Positions 9,953 to 20,355 of a stretch of 64,000 bases of DNA are shown here, piece after piece. The DNA comes from Giardia intestinalis (taxonomy: Eukaryota): NCBI GenBank assembly GCA_000002435.2, contig CM018791.1; one strand, 5' to 3'. The notes beneath the pieces are model-generated. The model saw nothing but the letters and a program-made list of their open reading frames with translations. It was not told the DNA's origin and made no database searches. A program made the translations under genes and the position numbers. Position 1 is the stretch's first letter, and each line of letters starts with the position of its first letter.

Positions 9953-11629
9953 ATGGTTGAACTCTTTCCCATACTAAACTTGGGTGTATACTATGTCATC
10001 ATTTGTCTATTCGTAGGTCACACTATCTATTACCCACTGCACGGGCCGCACGGGGGTCCTGATAGTCTTATGGATTCCTTCGCCACCCCTCAGAGAGTGT
10101 TGTCGCACTTTCTGCGTGCCTTCTGGATACCACCCCACTACCATTATGTAGTCTACTCTGTGCTTAACTTTGGCCTTCTGATGGCGATACATAAGTATAC
10201 AGTTGGTCTGACCACAGCCAAGAGGAACATTTTTTTATTAACTTTGATAGCCAATCCATTCAACGTGATTGCTAGTACAGACACGGACCTATCTGCCATA
10301 AGTGCCAATCTTTTGGTTCTTAGTATTCTCCAAGTGGTGGGGCCCTTTGTCGTTTACAACCAGGAGAGTCTTCCGTCTCATGAAGTTGCAGTACTCCAGC
10401 GGGTGACTGGCTATCAAGTTTATCTCCTTGCAGCGATTTTACAACCGGGGCTACTCTATCTCGCTCCTTTCTATTTGCTTGTCTCTAGGACTCAGCAACT
10501 GCGCTATCGATCATTGTCTACAGACGAAAACACCGATGCCAAACCAAAAGCTTCTCAGCGTCCTTTCGGATATCTTGCAGCGCTGGGCACTGTGCTGTCC
10601 TTCTTAGTGTATGGCTTTGCGTACTATCGCAAGAAAACAGGCCAACTCAGACCGCTATGCAATTCCTTATGGGAAAGCAACGCTATCAAGGCGGAATACT
10701 CCACTTGGTACAGCTACTTCAGCAAGCTACGGGATCTGGTCTTGACATACACTAATGGCAGCCTGAATTTGGACTGGCTTCTTATTGCACTTGTTGCATC
10801 CCTGGCTTGCTATTACTCTTCCATTCGACTCTACACAAAATCAGTTGGCATGACTGGGAAGCCGTCGGCTCAGAACACTTATTATCTCAGCGTGGCTCTG
10901 CAGACGCTGCTTCTCGCCCATGCTCTTTCTAATCTGAAGGTATCTGTAGCTGCTGTCTACTCTGTGCTAGCATTATTCTGTGTGTCTATTAACGACTTTT
11001 TCCTCCTAATCATGTCTACCTTGGGGTTTCTCGGGGACGCCTTCTTCTTTTCTTCGACGCGATTGCTTAAGCAGTATGCACATGTCACACACTTCGACTC
11101 TCTGTTGCAGGAATACTCTACTATAAGTCGGGCTCTGTCAAATAGTGCTAGGACCGATATCACTGATATGTCGTCCAGTGTTCCGCAGAATATTTCTGAT
11201 CAGTGGGCATATGACGGCCAAACTTCTGCAGATGACATCTCCCGCATGTCAGTCATCTCACTGCAGCTTAAGGGCATCCGTGGGGAGGTTTCAATGTATC
11301 ACGTAATGATCCTCGCTGTTATTTTCGCAGTGTTTATCACAGATATCTCTGGGGTGCGTCTCCTTTCGAAGAGGAAGCACGGGGTCGTGTCCAAGAAGTC
11401 GTCTGTTAGTGTTATTCTATTTGGTTCCCTCTATTTGGCCCTTGCCATTGCAGGAACTGTTCTCATTCACCTCAATGTCCTATTTGACATTAGGGGTCTC
11501 AAAATTGCTCTATTTGTCATGCAGCTTGTTGCCGAGCCGTTTCGAATAGGCTTTCTTCTCGTCCTAGCACTGGGGAGTCTCATGAAGTGCACGAAGTATC
11601 TTCTTGTCCAGACCGCAGATGCGCAATAG
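9953..11629 (+). CDS. Hypothetical multi-pass membrane protein (558 aa)
   Basis: ATG with aaaaaagataATG leader. Many hydrophobic segments throughout. No recognisable catalytic motifs. Confidence 0.6.
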   Translation: MVELFPILNLGVYYVIICLFVGHTIYYPLHGPHGGPDSLMDSFATPQRVLSHFLRAFWIPPHYHYVVYSVLNFGLLMAIHKYTVGLTTAKRNIFLLTLIANPFNVIASTDTDLSAISANLLVLSILQVVGPFVVYNQESLPSHEVAVLQRVTGYQVYLLAAILQPGLLYLAPFYLLVSRTQQLRYRSLSTDENTDAKPKASQRPFGYLAALGTVLSFLVYGFAYYRKKTGQLRPLCNSLWESNAIKAEYSTWYSYFSKLRDLVLTYTNGSLNLDWLLIALVASLACYYSSIRLYTKSVGMTGKPSAQNTYYLSVALQTLLLAHALSNLKVSVAAVYSVLALFCVSINDFFLLIMSTLGFLGDAFFFSSTRLLKQYAHVTHFDSLLQEYSTISRALSNSARTDITDMSSSVPQNISDQWAYDGQTSADDISRMSVISLQLKGIRGEVSMYHVMILAVIFAVFITDISGVRLLSKRKHGVVSKKSSVSVILFGSLYLALAIAGTVLIHLNVLFDIRGLKIALFVMQLVAEPFRIGFLLVLALGSLMKCTKYLLVQTADAQ

Positions 11630-11768
11630 GTTTACGGTATAACAAAATAAATTACCATCTGCGTTTTTCTTATCCCTCTGCTTGTTTCTATTGAGTTCTG
11701 TTGAACCTTTTGTCATGAAGCTTGTTGGTTGTAATTTCAAAATAGTTTATTAAAGACGGCTTAAGCTG

Positions 11769-14700
11769 ATGGGCTGTTGCTGTTGTCGTCCCATCGAGGG
11801 CGAAGAGGAGGACATCACCCTTCGCTTCCGCGGCCTGGCCGTTAATTATGGGGGCAGAAAATTCTTGCCAAATGTCATTAAAACGCGCACATATAATTGG
11901 ATTAGCTTTCCGTTTATAGTTCTTCTCCTTCAGTTTAAACCGTTTTTTAGTCAGTTCTTCACTGCTGTAGCCCTGCTGCAGATATTCCGGGCCCTGAAAG
12001 TGGGCCTGGCCTTCACATACTACCTTCCACTCATATTTATTTTCCTCGTTAGCATCGGGAGGGAATTATACACCGAGCTGGGTTGCTACAAGAGAGATAA
12101 GATAGCTAACTCCATGCTCTATCAGATTCTTTCTGACAGCGGAATTAGAACTGTCCGCTCAGACGAGTTACAAGTTGGAGACATTATCTACTTGGCACCA
12201 GGGCAGAATATTCCCGCAGATATTTTGATACTGCACGGCACTGAGCCTCTGTACTTGAAAACAACCAACTTGGACGGAGAGACGGACTATAAGTCTCGTA
12301 CTGCGTGCTTTGATACTACAGACATCTATAGTACCGACTACAAGGACATACTTCGGAAGAAGTTGGACTCGCACATATTGCAGTATGAACCGCCAAGCTC
12401 CCAACTCTACAAGTTCAACGGGAAGTTTGTTCTGTTATCGGCACCTCAAGATGTCTCTATGTCACCCGTCATGCCCATTTCACTAGCAAATACTGCGTGG
12501 ATGAATTGTACTCTTGCGAAGGGGTCAGTGACGGGGCTTGTCATCTACACCGGAAAGCAAGTCCGGATTATGCTGGGCCGAAAGAAACCCAAGAGCAAGA
12601 GTGGGAAGTTAGATGTGGATATCAACTTGTATGTCAAGGGCCTCTTCGTGCTTTGCATCTTCTTGGCCTTTGTGTTGACTATGGCAGGGTCTGTTTATTC
12701 TCTAGTAACGTTCATACGGTGGATAATCATTCTTAACGCTATCATTCCTCTCGCTATGAAGGTGTCTCTCGAGTACGGCAAGTTTACTATGGCGGGGACT
12801 ATCAGCTACGACCCCGAAATACCAGGTGTCAGGGTACAAAACAGTAATCTAGTAGAAGAGCTGGGGCTTATTAACCATATATTTAGTGACAAAACAGGCA
12901 CGTTGACAAAGAACGATATGTGGCTTCACGAGGTCGTTGGGAGTAATAAGAACGTAACGGATGGATGTGAAACTATGCTTCACGCTCTTATGACATGCCA
13001 CAATGTTGAGCTGGTCACTGAGAGATGTCGGAGCATTAAAGTAACAGCAAAGAATGGCATCGTACAGCATAGCGATCAGGACTCTGAGGAAGATCAAGCA
13101 AAGCAGCTTGTGCCTCAAAAGACGAACACTCGCATAGTGCTAGAAGAGGAAAAAGTGATCGAGGGATTTGGTGAAGCTGTTTCGCTGTGCTTCACTAAGC
13201 ACACCACTAATGAATACCTGCTTCTTAACAATTATATAGGAGCATCCCCTGATGAAGTGGCTATCATCAGAGGAATGCATGCTAGAGGACACATTTTAAA
13301 AGAAAAAATGCACAATCGCATCCAGTATAGTTCTGGCACTGAGGACTATGAGTTTGAGCTTATTCATGTGTTTCCATTTACCTCGGAAACAAGGCGCATG
13401 TCGGTCATTGTTAGGGATAGAGAAACTCAAGTTGTCTACCTCTTTGTCAAAGGCGCTGATACTGCCATAGAGGTTATTTCTAAACCGTGCGATTGGATGC
13501 GCAACGTTGTTGATCAGCTTGCGACCACCGGGCGACGTACTCTAGTGTATGCATATAGGATTCTTTCTGCGGATGACTTAGATGCCTTTCAGCGTGCATG
13601 GATGAGTGCCGCGGAGGACATCAATTCGAGACAGGATAAGCTAGATCAAGCAGAGGAGGACCTTTTAGTTAATTTAGACGTTTTGTGTGTAACGGGGATA
13701 GAAGATCAACTCCAAGACAACGTGAAGGACACTATTCAGTCTCTGAAGAGGGCAGGAATTAAGTTCTGGATGTTAACGGGTGATAAGATCATAACGTCCC
13801 TGAGCATTGCTCAAGCATGCAGTATTCTTCCTAATGATGTGATCAGCAAGCATACAGACTTTTGCAGTCGTGTATCTGAGATAGGAAATAGTACTTCCCG
13901 GTGCGTAGAGCTTGACGCGCAAACTGGGGATGTACAGCACAGCCTTCATATTGTGGGCGAAAATACATCTAGTTCAGCTATGCAGTTGGCAAGCGTGGCC
14001 TCAAACCCGATCACTATGTCTCCCCTAGACCCTGTACTCATCACCACAACATGCGCGCAAGAACGGAGCCACAGCTGTTCGTCCCCTAAAAGTGGTCTGC
14101 GGTCTCCACTGCACCATAGGACTAATAGGGCATTATTAAGACATCCACTTAAGAAAAGTGGATTACGGAATAAGAAGCTTGCAAATATCAAAGAGTCAGC
14201 ATATGTGCGTAAGTCCCAGGGAGTGTTTTTCCTCACAGAAGAGCTTTCGTTGGATCGCTTGCTTCAAACACTTCACGATGTGCTGGCAGTCGTGGAGACT
14301 CAGAAGAACATAGCAATCATCATTGACGGGGGTGCTATAGATGCTCTTTTAGGCACCTATCCAACTAACTACTTCTACCGCTACCGGATACACCCTATTA
14401 CTGGATCCCTCCTGCCGCTGCCACTCATACTAAAGGCCTGGCGATACTTTGTGCGCTTCCTCTATGTCTACTTCACTGGAAAAGCGAAGTCTGGAAAGGG
14501 GAGTTTGGGGCCAGATGCCAAGATACGGGAGCTCTTCGCCGAAGTTACTTGCCGTGCCGAAACGGTGATCTGCTGCCGCTGCACCCCGGGACAGAAAGCC
14601 TTGGTGTCAGAAATAATAACGACTTATAGTGGGAAGCAGTCGCTAGGCATTGGGGATGGTGCCAATGATGTTCCCCTAATCCAGCTCTGCGCTGTAGGAG

Positions 14701-15623
14701 TCGGTATAGCAGGAAAGGAGGGGACACAAGCAGCAAACTCGGCAGACTTCGTCATCAATGAGTTTCAAGGACTGAAAAAGCTTCTCCTGTGGCACGGGAG
14801 AAATAGTTACATAGGGAGTGCACAAATGTGTCAGTTCATCATGCAGCGAGGCATAACGCAAACGCTCCTTCAAATATGGTTCAGTATGCTTTATTATTTC
14901 GTAACTCTAGTAATATACACAGGCGTCTTATTGCTGGGATTTGCCACATTCTTTACAATGCTTCCTCCGTTCAACTATTATATTAACGAGGACATAGATT
15001 ATAAGCTCGTTATGCAGTATCCAGAGGTCTATAGATATACGTCGTCTGGAAGACTGATTTCCTTCAAGACCTTCTGCCTCTGGCTCCTTGCGTCCATCGT
15101 GATTTCGTTTATGATCTTTGTATCTTTGGTCTGTGTTCTTCCGTGGGATGTGATATATACCGAGTTTGTTCTGGTGTCCTTCGCCGCTCTTCTCATTAAC
15201 CAGCTCCTTCTAATCTCCTTCACGTCTCATCGGTGGTCTGTCCTTCTCGTAATTACACTGGTGGGTAGTTACGCCTCATTCTACATCGTGCAAACAATAT
15301 ATCCTGACATATTTCCCCTTTCCTTTCTCTACTCCTTTTCTTTTACTTGGAGTTCGCTGTATATCGCCTTCAGTGCAGCTCTACCAATCTACATTGGCTC
15401 TCTTCTGGTAAAACACTTAAGTGTACCTCCTGTGATCAAAAAGCTTAGGAAGTTAAGAGCTCCCGCTGACTGTGCGTGTTGTGCTAAAAAGAGCAATTGT
15501 GCATGCACCAAGTCCCCAATCCACTACTACAGTTCCACGGGCACATACTACTTTAATTTGACAGATAAGGCTGCGAACGTACTCACATGTCGATACTGCT
15601 CTACGTGCCCTCGTAAGTGCTAG
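11769..15623 (+). CDS. P4-type ATPase (phospholipid-translocating flippase)
   Basis: P-type ATPase signatures DKTGTLT (phosphorylation site), MLTGDK, GDGANDV. The overall architecture (TM pairs, large cytoplasmic loop) and the TGDK context fit the P4 subfamily. Unusual N-terminus MGCCCCRP and a Cys-rich C-terminal tail. Confidence 0.9.
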   Translation: MGCCCCRPIEGEEEDITLRFRGLAVNYGGRKFLPNVIKTRTYNWISFPFIVLLLQFKPFFSQFFTAVALLQIFRALKVGLAFTYYLPLIFIFLVSIGRELYTELGCYKRDKIANSMLYQILSDSGIRTVRSDELQVGDIIYLAPGQNIPADILILHGTEPLYLKTTNLDGETDYKSRTACFDTTDIYSTDYKDILRKKLDSHILQYEPPSSQLYKFNGKFVLLSAPQDVSMSPVMPISLANTAWMNCTLAKGSVTGLVIYTGKQVRIMLGRKKPKSKSGKLDVDINLYVKGLFVLCIFLAFVLTMAGSVYSLVTFIRWIIILNAIIPLAMKVSLEYGKFTMAGTISYDPEIPGVRVQNSNLVEELGLINHIFSDKTGTLTKNDMWLHEVVGSNKNVTDGCETMLHALMTCHNVELVTERCRSIKVTAKNGIVQHSDQDSEEDQAKQLVPQKTNTRIVLEEEKVIEGFGEAVSLCFTKHTTNEYLLLNNYIGASPDEVAIIRGMHARGHILKEKMHNRIQYSSGTEDYEFELIHVFPFTSETRRMSVIVRDRETQVVYLFVKGADTAIEVISKPCDWMRNVVDQLATTGRRTLVYAYRILSADDLDAFQRAWMSAAEDINSRQDKLDQAEEDLLVNLDVLCVTGIEDQLQDNVKDTIQSLKRAGIKFWMLTGDKIITSLSIAQACSILPNDVISKHTDFCSRVSEIGNSTSRCVELDAQTGDVQHSLHIVGENTSSSAMQLASVASNPITMSPLDPVLITTTCAQERSHSCSSPKSGLRSPLHHRTNRALLRHPLKKSGLRNKKLANIKESAYVRKSQGVFFLTEELSLDRLLQTLHDVLAVVETQKNIAIIIDGGAIDALLGTYPTNYFYRYRIHPITGSLLPLPLILKAWRYFVRFLYVYFTGKAKSGKGSLGPDAKIRELFAEVTCRAETVICCRCTPGQKALVSEIITTYSGKQSLGIGDGANDVPLIQLCAVGVGIAGKEGTQAANSADFVINEFQGLKKLLLWHGRNSYIGSAQMCQFIMQRGITQTLLQIWFSMLYYFVTLVIYTGVLLLGFATFFTMLPPFNYYINEDIDYKLVMQYPEVYRYTSSGRLISFKTFCLWLLASIVISFMIFVSLVCVLPWDVIYTEFVLVSFAALLINQLLLISFTSHRWSVLLVITLVGSYASFYIVQTIYPDIFPLSFLYSFSFTWSSLYIAFSAALPIYIGSLLVKHLSVPPVIKKLRKLRAPADCACCAKKSNCACTKSPIHYYSSTGTYYFNLTDKAANVLTCRYCSTCPRKC

Positions 15624-16202
15624 TCGTTAGCTGTTTCAAAGCTGCACGCTCACTCGTTAGCCCATCGGTTGCAGTATCAAATATTTTATTTATGCCTTGC
15701 AATCATGTGCCGTTTTTTCGCACTTTTATTTGTATTAAGATATCTCTTCTTATGCTAATTAGTTAGTTAGTTTTACAGACGATTTGTTCTACATCCTTAT
15801 GACGTCTTCAAGCATATACCAGCGCTCTTATGCTCTTGTCCTTTCATCGTGAAGTAGAGCGCTGCTAGTTCATCCAATAGTTTCTCTTTGGTGTGCTATT
15901 TGGCGAAAAACAGGGCACCGCTTGTGTTGTGTTTTTGCATGAGACTTTATCTTAGTGATACCATCGGAATTGCGTCTAAAACACGAGGTGACCCTTGCGT
16001 AGTCCTTTACAGTTCGGACTTTGTGTTAAATGATCTTCTGCACTTCGTCCTCAGAGGTCTGGACAGCTTTTCACAAAAGAACCATTGGCTCGTTAGCGAG
16101 TTTATTATTGTAAACTTACTCGTGTTTTACTAGGCTTTGAACTCTATCATCGTAGATTGGTAGATTTGTATGAGTTCATAGAAAAATTAGAAAAACAAAA
16201 TT

Positions 16203-16787
16203 ATGGCTAACAAGTCCGAAGAAGCGGAGCTCAGTTACACCGAGATTGCCTCTCGCATAGGAAAACTGTTCAAAGAGGAGAACAAGCCTATCACAATTGA
16301 CGCAATGTATGAGCAGCTGGGGGCTCCACTTAACATTCTCTCATATGTGTTGGAGCGGTTAAAAAGAGCAAAGCTCGTCGCTGAAGAGGTAGTCAACAAC
16401 GTGTGTTTCGTTTATCCTCTAGCACCACTCTTCGGTAGCAGATCATTCCACAGCAAGGCCAAGCTAGTTGACCTACAGCTTAGAGTAGCCCAACAACGTC
16501 GGAAGAGCGCTACTGCGGAGCAGCTGAATCACTTGGAGCAGCTGCGCCGAACATCTCTAAATAAGGGAAAGGCAGAATCGAGCTCCCGCGAAGAACTAGA
16601 TAGGGAAGCAGAGACTCTCTTAGAAAATATCTCAGATATTGCGAAGACAATATCAGCGGAGGTGGGCACAACGACAGACAATGTACTGAAGGGCTTAGGA
16701 ATTCATGAGCTAAACCTTTACGAACTAGGGGTGCTGAAGATGCCTGCAGAAACAACTGAAAAGGAGTGTTCTCCAAATACAATGTGA
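16203..16787 (+). CDS. Hypothetical winged-helix + coiled-coil protein (possibly Hop2/Mnd1-like)
   Basis: ATG in an aaaacaaaattATGgct context. N-terminal ~70 aa has the pattern L..L.RAKLVAEEVVNNVCFVYPL, reminiscent of the Hop2/Mnd1 winged helix (LVDDG.V..EKIGTSNY.WAFP). The rest is charged coiled coil. Family assignment is tentative. Confidence 0.5.
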   Translation: MANKSEEAELSYTEIASRIGKLFKEENKPITIDAMYEQLGAPLNILSYVLERLKRAKLVAEEVVNNVCFVYPLAPLFGSRSFHSKAKLVDLQLRVAQQRRKSATAEQLNHLEQLRRTSLNKGKAESSSREELDREAETLLENISDIAKTISAEVGTTTDNVLKGLGIHELNLYELGVLKMPAETTEKECSPNTM

Positions 16788-16834
16788 TCTTAAGCAAGAC
16801 TTGGCCTTAGACATCTCAATCGCATGAAAATCTA

Positions 16835-19800
16835 TTACAAGTACTTCTTTTTAGAGTCAGCAAATGCAGAAAGCTTGATAGACGGTTTCAGAGCTTGAAG
16901 TTTTGCAAAAAGGGTCAACACATTGTCGCAAAGCATCCTTATGGACACTTTGCATTCTTTAACGTCATTAATGGTATACACTGGATTGTAGACGTTGGCA
17001 GAACGCTTTCCATGACACTTTCCGATCTCTGAATCTATTCGCTCGCATGTCTGGTGAAGAAATTCAAGTGTATCAGAGAGCCAAGTCTTTGTGATGCCGT
17101 CTACATCCGAAATGATGAACTTATAATGCTCAGAGATGATGATTGGCATAGAAATGAAGAAGTCCGTCGTATTCAGAACAAACCCGAAACACTCAGAAGT
17201 AGGAGATCCGTCTACGACAACGTTGTTGATATAGTATTGGATGATAGGCACATACCATGGATGGACATTCCTAAACGCCTCGTGCGTAGCAGACTTGTTG
17301 TACACATTGTAGGTGTCCTCATCTATATCATATTCCACTTTAACTTTCAACTTAAGATTGACAAACTTGGGCTCTGCTGATAGCTTTGATAGTGATTGAT
17401 ATAGTATGGAATTAACTGGGTCCCTTGACATAGTAGGGCACGTGCGGGCTTTGAACTGCTCCTTGAAAGTCTTGCTGTCTACTTGTATCTTACCATAGAA
17501 GAAACTGACGGTAGGAGGGGGAAGAGCTAGAAGAGCGATGACAAAATCGGTAGCAACATACTCCCTTCGCTGGGGTGTCATAGTGTTGTCTCGGTGCTGT
17601 AAAAGGTAGGCTCGTGCTCTTTCATCTTCCTCACGCTGAGACATTGGGGTGGGAGTGATGCCTCTGGTAGGAGAGGTAGCTGGGTGCAAGTTTGACGCAG
17701 CAAGCTCACCACCCCGTATGTTGCATGACCCTGTGCTACTTCGAGGCTCCACGTTTGATCGAGCACGACGGCGTGCACTTCTTGCAGGGGATCCATTACG
17801 GCCTGTGGCGTTGAGTCTGCTGAAATTGAAACACGGACTAGCAATCTTAGTGGGGCTTCTTCCGTTGCGGCTAAGTGATTTGTAACGTGATCCTAATAGA
17901 CCTAGGTTATCAAAGCTATTTATATGTCTCGATGTTCCCACTATCGGTGTAGAAGGCGGCGAAGGAGATCTGGCTCGTGGCATGTTTTTATGAGTATCCG
18001 AGGTATTAACCCGTAAAAGCCCCATACGTGCTCGCGTCCCTTCTGCGCTAATATCGTAGAGAGGAGTTGTTCCCAAAACAGTTGTCATCTTAAGTGCTCT
18101 GTTAGGGGTACTTTCAAGCTTTCCTGAGTTGGCAATGATTGCCTGCTTAGACATGCTGGCATTGACAAGAAGGTCTGCGGATGGTACCACACTATGATTA
18201 CAAGTCTGAGAGGATGCCAATCCACCGACAGGGTCAACAAGAGATTGATAGAGAATTGATGATCCTGTCACTGGCTGTGATTGTGACTGCGAATGGGAGA
18301 CTGTATTCCGCTTTATAGTTTGCTCCACCTTTGCTTTATTCTCAGCCCTCTGGTAACTATAATAGGAGGTTTCCAATAGCTTTGATGACTCTGTTATCTT
18401 GTACTTATCTTCTATTCTTTGAGTAGGTCGTTCGGGATAACACGCAATAGAACTATTATGAGCGTCATTGTTTGAAAATGATTGTGTCGATGATGGCCTT
18501 TCTGCATCCCTACCAGGTTGCTTTGACCTCTTTGAACTAACACCTGTATTGCTGAGAAGTAGTCCTACATAAGAGACAGTAGATACACAGTGAGCAGAAG
18601 CTCCATTTTTAAGCTTGTTATACTCCTTGAACAGTGTTACGGTTGAGATGTTCTTAGCCTTCAGTAGCAAGTAGAGATTGCGTCTGTCAACAAGCGTTTC
18701 TCGTGGTCTAGGGAGAGGAAGCCCAATAGCCCCAGACTCTGTCCTGGCCTCCACTTCTCGAACAGAATTAAACATGATCTCATCTGTCAATACATTATCA
18801 ATGATCCCGGCTCTGGCAGCGTTCGGAGTTAAGAGCATGGGATTAGAAGGTGAGAGAAGACCTGCACTGAGGTCAACACGCCTGTGCCGGTTACTGTGGT
18901 GAAGAGTGTTTGTTAGTGAGTCGCCATCGGAACAAGCACTCAATGCTAGAGATTTGTTGAACCTCAAGGCAGCTATAGAGTTGGCATCTGCCGTCTGCAA
19001 AGCTCGTAATATATCTCGATTGTCTGGTATCATGCTTTCTACGGGTAGCTGGTGGGAAAGAGAATCAATATAATGCACTTTACTCCCACCAGTCAGTGCC
19101 TGTGTTGTATAGACCTCTGCCCCAAAGACTGCGCTGGAGGCGTTCATAATCGCCCCTTTTATCCAGTCGGGCTGATCCTCGGCGAACTGGCTGGGGGGCG
19201 TGATGCGTTTGATAGTCGTCACAACGGTTTCATCCAGAATGCAGGCTCGGCACTGTTTGAAGCTGTAAGAAAGTATCTTCCCTTCTGGAATCTTCGCGCT
19301 CTCCTGAGCAGAGAGCTTTGGGAAAATCCACTCTCCTGTCTGCTCTGGGAAATTGGGAGCCTCGCGAACCCACGTGTAGAAGAGCAGGTCGCAGGGATGA
19401 GAGGTCGACTCTTCCTTGGTTTCTATGTTAAGATACGTATAATCATCTCGCTGTTGCCATGTTGGGGGAAGGGGAGTGCAAAGGGCCACAAGAGCAATCC
19501 AAACATAAGAAGACGCTGGATCTAAATCTAAAAAGGCGCACATATTGAGGACATCTATGCATACATTTGGGGGCCTTTGCGTGAAGTAGAATGTAGGGTC
19601 TGTTGAATTAATTCCGGAAAGCTGGTCACGGAGCCTTCGTGTAAAGGCCAAATAAAACGCATCTACTGGGTGCACCCACGTGCTCTTAGTCGACGGGGGC
19701 TTCCAATAATATGGTCTGTTATTCTTCTTCAATGAAACCCCCTCCTCCCAGGCAAGAGGGAGAGGAGCAGCAATAGCCTCGTCCACTATCCACAACAGGC

Positions 19801-19900
19801 CTGCATCAGATGTGGAGAATCCAAAAAACTTGGTGTACTGGCTTATAATTGGATCTGTGAAGTACTTGGAGAGACGTGGGTCAAAGGAGTCCGGCGGCAT
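16835..19900 (-). CDS. Hypothetical 1021-aa protein with N-terminal WW-like domain
   Basis: ATG start. A WW-like module LPLAWEEGVSLKKNNRPYYWKPPSTKSTWVHP sits near the N-terminus. The rest is Ser/Thr-rich with no recognised catalytic motifs. Convergent with the upstream + gene (48-bp gap). Confidence 0.7.
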   Translation of the reverse strand: MPPDSFDPRLSKYFTDPIISQYTKFFGFSTSDAGLLWIVDEAIAAPLPLAWEEGVSLKKNNRPYYWKPPSTKSTWVHPVDAFYLAFTRRLRDQLSGINSTDPTFYFTQRPPNVCIDVLNMCAFLDLDPASSYVWIALVALCTPLPPTWQQRDDYTYLNIETKEESTSHPCDLLFYTWVREAPNFPEQTGEWIFPKLSAQESAKIPEGKILSYSFKQCRACILDETVVTTIKRITPPSQFAEDQPDWIKGAIMNASSAVFGAEVYTTQALTGGSKVHYIDSLSHQLPVESMIPDNRDILRALQTADANSIAALRFNKSLALSACSDGDSLTNTLHHSNRHRRVDLSAGLLSPSNPMLLTPNAARAGIIDNVLTDEIMFNSVREVEARTESGAIGLPLPRPRETLVDRRNLYLLLKAKNISTVTLFKEYNKLKNGASAHCVSTVSYVGLLLSNTGVSSKRSKQPGRDAERPSSTQSFSNNDAHNSSIACYPERPTQRIEDKYKITESSKLLETSYYSYQRAENKAKVEQTIKRNTVSHSQSQSQPVTGSSILYQSLVDPVGGLASSQTCNHSVVPSADLLVNASMSKQAIIANSGKLESTPNRALKMTTVLGTTPLYDISAEGTRARMGLLRVNTSDTHKNMPRARSPSPPSTPIVGTSRHINSFDNLGLLGSRYKSLSRNGRSPTKIASPCFNFSRLNATGRNGSPARSARRRARSNVEPRSSTGSCNIRGGELAASNLHPATSPTRGITPTPMSQREEDERARAYLLQHRDNTMTPQRREYVATDFVIALLALPPPTVSFFYGKIQVDSKTFKEQFKARTCPTMSRDPVNSILYQSLSKLSAEPKFVNLKLKVKVEYDIDEDTYNVYNKSATHEAFRNVHPWYVPIIQYYINNVVVDGSPTSECFGFVLNTTDFFISMPIIISEHYKFIISDVDGITKTWLSDTLEFLHQTCERIDSEIGKCHGKRSANVYNPVYTINDVKECKVSIRMLCDNVLTLFAKLQALKPSIKLSAFADSKKKYL

Positions 19901-20005
19901 CAGATCAGGAGACCGTCAAATTTAGAGGTTCTTCATTTGACATACAAATTGTAATGGCATTTATGCATGCACATTATGTAATCTAAAGCGGAACTTTGGC
20001 TTTGG

Positions 20006-20281
20006 ATGATAGACGCGGCTGCATGGCTTGGGATGGAGCTCTGCGTTCATACAAAAAAGGGGGATGTGCTGACTGGAACCCTCTTGGCGATGGAGCAAAA
20101 TGGATCGATGATCCTTTTTCATGTCAGTCAGCAGGTCAACACACATGGAAATGCAGACTTGGAGGAAATACTCCCAATAAAGCGCCCATCTATTTATATC
20201 AACAGATCAGATATCGAGCGAATCCTTGCGCCAGCTCTTCCCGGAGAGGTGTCCCGTTCAAATGAAAATGTTATAATGTAA
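20006..20281 (+). CDS. LSm/Sm-like small protein (tentative)
   Basis: ATG start. The Sm1-like segment ELCVHTKKGDVLTGTLLAMEQNGSMILFHV and the Sm2-like PSIYINRSDIERI (I-R-G-x-x-I pattern) together suggest an Sm fold. 91 aa. Divergent from the large minus-strand gene across a ~105-bp gap. Confidence 0.45.
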   Translation: MIDAAAWLGMELCVHTKKGDVLTGTLLAMEQNGSMILFHVSQQVNTHGNADLEEILPIKRPSIYINRSDIERILAPALPGEVSRSNENVIM

Positions 20282-20355
20282 CCCTGCATTTATATTATAC
20301 CCGAACCTTTAAGACCACCAAAATTAAAGCTGTCTTCGGAGCACGCAACTGGCTG

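Noticed and set aside
15888-16133. 81-aa ORF in the long AT-rich intergenic region
   Set aside because: Starts on a non-ATG codon in the track, has a hydrophobic low-complexity translation, and shows no A-rich initiator. Most likely non-coding.
19996-20265. 89-aa ORF overlapping the LSm-like ORF in another frame
   Set aside because: It overlaps 20006..20281. The latter has the Sm1/Sm2-like motifs, so this one is taken as the out-of-frame shadow.
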